Source of the DNA: Gammaproteobacteria bacterium
GTDB taxonomy: Bacteria; Pseudomonadota; Gammaproteobacteria; UBA4575
Length of the DNA stretch: 64,000 bases
Direction of reading: 5' to 3'
NCBI GenBank assembly: GCA_965243395.1
Contig: CBDEUS010000002.1
Span: 978,293 to 1,042,292, forward strand
Shown piece after piece: positions 61,314 through 64,000 of the stretch. The notes beneath the pieces were generated by a model. It had not been told where the DNA came from, searched no databases, and saw nothing but the letters and a program-made list of their open reading frames with translations. The first letter of the stretch is position 1. Every line of letters begins with the position of its first letter. The position numbers and the translations under genes are program-made.

Positions 61314-62861
61314 ATGAGTAATACAATAAAAAAATTGTCCTCTTATCAGGCACTAGCCAAGCATTTTGATGATATTAAATCGCATACCTTGCGAGAATCG
61401 TTTGCACAAGATACTAATCGCTTTTCAAAGTTCTCGGTGCGATTTGAAGGGCTATTATTTGATTATTCAAAAAACCGTATTTCAAAAAATACGCTTACAA
61501 AGCTTATTGCATTATTTAATGAATGTGATGTCGATGGTTGGCGAAAGAAGATGTTCGCGGGCGAAGAAATCAATACTACAGAGAAGCGTGGAGTTCAACA
61601 TACAGCATTACGAGATTTGGAAAATAAAGAATCTGATATTGCTAACAAACAAATAGATGCACTAAAGAAGATAGAATCTTTTATTGCCAAGTTACAAAAT
61701 TCAAATATTACTGATGTAGTGAACATAGGTATTGGTGGTTCTCATCTAGGCCCACAATTTGTATGTGATGCTTTGCGAGAATATTCCAGTTCAAATTTAA
61801 ATATTCATTTTGTAGCCAATGTAGATGCAGAAGAAATAAATCGTGTTCTAGAGAGTCTCCAACCCAAAAACACCTTATTTATTGTCACTTCTAAGAGTTT
61901 TACAACTCAAGAAACATTAACCAATTCATTATCCGCAAGATCTTGGCTAACAAGTGATAGAAATCTAAAAAATGAAGATCATTTTGTTGCAGTTACCGCA
62001 AATGTAAAAAAAGCCACTGAATTTGGGATTGCAGAAGAAAATATATTTCCCATGTGGGATGAAATCGGTGGACGCTATTCACTTTGGTCTGCAGTAGGTT
62101 TGTCTATCGCAGTTAAGATTGGGATGGAAAACTTTAAAGAATTGCTCAATGGAGCACATGCTATGGATCAGCATTTTATACATGCATCAGCTGACCAAAA
62201 CATTCCAGTTTTGATGGCGTTATTAGATATTTGGAACCAACATTTCCTGAATACAACTGCACATGCAATTCTTCCTTATGATGTACGTTTAGCGTATCTA
62301 CCAGCTTATTTGCAACAGCTTGTAATGGAGAGTAATGGTAAGTCAGTCGACCGTCAGGGAAATGTATTAACAGTGCCAAGCTCCGCAATTTTGTTCGGTG
62401 ATGTGGGAACAAATGCGCAACATAGTTTTTTCCAGTTATTGCATCAAGGAACACAGCAAGTGAGCTGTGACTTTATTGGTATAGCAAAACCATCTCATGA
62501 TAATCATGAACAGCATGAAATTTTACTGGCAAACATGATTGGTCAAACACAAGCTTTGATGATGGGGCAAAGCTTAGAAGAGGCAGGTGATCAGCATAAA
62601 GTATTCTTGGGTAATCGAGTTAGCAATACAATTTTGTTATCAGAATTGACTCCTTACTCACTAGGCATGTTATTAGCCATATATGAGCATAGAACGTTTG
62701 TTCAAGGAGCATTACTGAATATCAATTCCTTTGATCAAATGGGAGTTGAATTGGGTAAACGACTGGCGAATAAATTGCTCGACAAAATCCGGGATGATTC
62801 GGTAACTGGAGAAGACTCATCCACCAGTGGTTTGATCGACTTTTATAAACAGAACAATTAG
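61314..62861 (+). CDS. pgi: Glucose-6-phosphate isomerase.
   Basis: PGI signature region and the SIS domain. The start is taken at MSNTIKKLSSYQAL, the typical Pgi N-terminus. The track ORF starts 13 codons earlier. Confidence 0.9.
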   Translation: MSNTIKKLSSYQALAKHFDDIKSHTLRESFAQDTNRFSKFSVRFEGLLFDYSKNRISKNTLTKLIALFNECDVDGWRKKMFAGEEINTTEKRGVQHTALRDLENKESDIANKQIDALKKIESFIAKLQNSNITDVVNIGIGGSHLGPQFVCDALREYSSSNLNIHFVANVDAEEINRVLESLQPKNTLFIVTSKSFTTQETLTNSLSARSWLTSDRNLKNEDHFVAVTANVKKATEFGIAEENIFPMWDEIGGRYSLWSAVGLSIAVKIGMENFKELLNGAHAMDQHFIHASADQNIPVLMALLDIWNQHFLNTTAHAILPYDVRLAYLPAYLQQLVMESNGKSVDRQGNVLTVPSSAILFGDVGTNAQHSFFQLLHQGTQQVSCDFIGIAKPSHDNHEQHEILLANMIGQTQALMMGQSLEEAGDQHKVFLGNRVSNTILLSELTPYSLGMLLAIYEHRTFVQGALLNINSFDQMGVELGKRLANKLLDKIRDDSVTGEDSSTSGLIDFYKQNN

Positions 62862-62863
62862 CT

Positions 62864-63922
62864 TTACTTGTGTTGCTCGAGAGCCCATTCGGTATGCTCT
62901 CTCACTAGTTCGCTTGGATTTTTTAGCTTTTCTTTTAGTGCATGAACTACGGCAGGTGTGCTAGGTGCATTGCCCAAAGCAACCGCAATGTTTCGCAACC
63001 AGCATTCGTAGTCAATGCGCCGAATAGCCGAACCCACGGTATTTTCCAAGAATTCTTTTTCGCTCCAATTAAATAGGTCAATTAACTCAGGTGCGTCTAA
63101 ATTATTTCGTACAGCGAAATCTGCAAGCTCACTTTTTTGTTCAAACCGATTCCATGGGCAATACAGTTGACAATCATCACAACCATAAATCCTATTCCCC
63201 ATTGCTTTTCTGAACTCGATTGGAATGGAGCCCTTTAATTCAATTGTGTGATAAGAAATACAACGACGTGCATCTAATTTATACGGTGCAATAATCGCTT
63301 GAGTCGGACAGACATCCATACATGTTCGACATGTACCGCAGTGGTTTTCTACAGGACTGTCGACTGGTAACGGCAGGTCGGTATAGAGTTCGCCAAGAAA
63401 GAACCACGAACCACATTCTTTATTGATTAAATTTGTGTGTTTTCCTATCCATCCAAGTCCTGCTTTTTCTGCCAAAGCTTTTTCAAGAACGGGAGCGCTG
63501 TCTACAAATGCACGGTAACCAAATGAACCCACTTCATCAGCAATTTTGTCCGCAAGTTTTTGCAAGCGTTTACGTATTACTTTGTGATAATCACGCCCCA
63601 ATGCATAACGGGAAATATACGCTTGTTCAGAAGTCCTTAATACTTCCTCTTCGTTTGTGGCATCAGGTGCCTGATAATTAATGCGAGTAGAAATAATACG
63701 AATTGTCCCGGGAATTAATTTTTCAGGGCGAGACCGCTTTGTACCATGCTGATTCATGTAGTGCATTTCTCCATGGTAACCAGCTTCTAACCAATTCATT
63801 AGGTATGTTTCATGTTCACTTAATTCAGTATTTGTAATTCCAATTTCGTCAAAGCCTAATTCATTACCCCAGACTCTGATGTCTTGAGCAAGCTTTACAA
63901 AATCGGTTGTGACACTATTCAT
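62864..63922 (-). CDS. queG: Epoxyqueuosine reductase.
   Basis: 352 aa with the 4Fe-4S motif CGTCRTCMDVCPT and a QueG-type N-terminus. Confidence 0.9.
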   Translation of the reverse strand: MNSVTTDFVKLAQDIRVWGNELGFDEIGITNTELSEHETYLMNWLEAGYHGEMHYMNQHGTKRSRPEKLIPGTIRIISTRINYQAPDATNEEEVLRTSEQAYISRYALGRDYHKVIRKRLQKLADKIADEVGSFGYRAFVDSAPVLEKALAEKAGLGWIGKHTNLINKECGSWFFLGELYTDLPLPVDSPVENHCGTCRTCMDVCPTQAIIAPYKLDARRCISYHTIELKGSIPIEFRKAMGNRIYGCDDCQLYCPWNRFEQKSELADFAVRNNLDAPELIDLFNWSEKEFLENTVGSAIRRIDYECWLRNIAVALGNAPSTPAVVHALKEKLKNPSELVREHTEWALEQHK

Positions 63923-63946
63923 GGGTAGGCTAGGTATAATTCAGAT

Positions 63947-64000
63947 ATGCAGAAAATCAAAAATCAAATTTATTTGGCTCATCAAGTTCGGGAACTGGAT
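63947..64000 (+). CDS. Start of a NAD(P)H-hydrate epimerase/dehydratase (Nnr/YjeF)-like gene. It is partial and continues beyond the window.
   Basis: MQKIKNQIYLAHQVRELD resembles the Nnr N-terminus (LYxAEQVRELD). It is divergent from queG, as in E. coli. Confidence 0.4.
   Translation, partial: MQKIKNQIYLAHQVRELD

Noticed and set aside
1-64000. CRISPR arrays, tRNA/rRNA genes, transposases, integrases, prophage genes.
   Set aside because: I found none by eye. There are no regularly spaced direct repeats apart from the intragenic 33-bp coding repeats at 24.1-24.4 kb. There are no cloverleaf-like 75-nt segments in intergenic regions and no DDE or tyrosine-recombinase-like ORFs.

Overview
This 64 kb window looks like chromosome from an AT-rich (about 38-40% GC by eye) gammaproteobacterium. 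Most of it is conserved housekeeping genes in enteric-like order. The blocks I can read are sucCD, nadE, bamD<->rluD-pgeF ... clpB, proS, dapA-bamC, dxs-ispA-xseB, fdhD, radA, corC/ypjD<->ffh-rpsP-rimM-trmD-rplS, htpG, pcnB-folK-dNK-panBC, pgi and queG. There are four accessory or unusual regions. (1) At 1-12.96 kb a pilS-pilR-pilA type IV pilin module sits directly ahead of a very AT-rich glycan locus on the same strand. That locus has a GT-C/TPR membrane glycosyltransferase, a DPM1/GtrB-like GT2, DUF354, an AsnB/PseA-like amidotransferase, a GT1 and PseB/PseC-like dehydratase and aminotransferase. This is my best candidate for an undescribed pilin or protein O-glycosylation system. (2) At 19.5-21.3 kb four small membrane-protein genes are each bounded by a roughly 25-30 bp imperfect-palindromic repeat, inserted into the normally contiguous rluD-pgeF-clpB block. 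(3) At 24.0-27.6 kb there is a secreted protein made almost entirely of 11-residue charged repeats, and a conspicuously GC-rich orphan periplasmic binding protein with two palindromes upstream. (4) At 54.8-56.6 kb there are tandem FHA-domain paralogs sharing an Arg-rich N-terminal motif, plus a small membrane peptide. A rubrerythrin / CCG Fe-S protein / DUF3501 operon lies at 37.9-40.4 kb. I found no rRNA, tRNA, CRISPR array, transposase or integrase. All calls come from reading the sequence and ORF translations; no database searches were possible.
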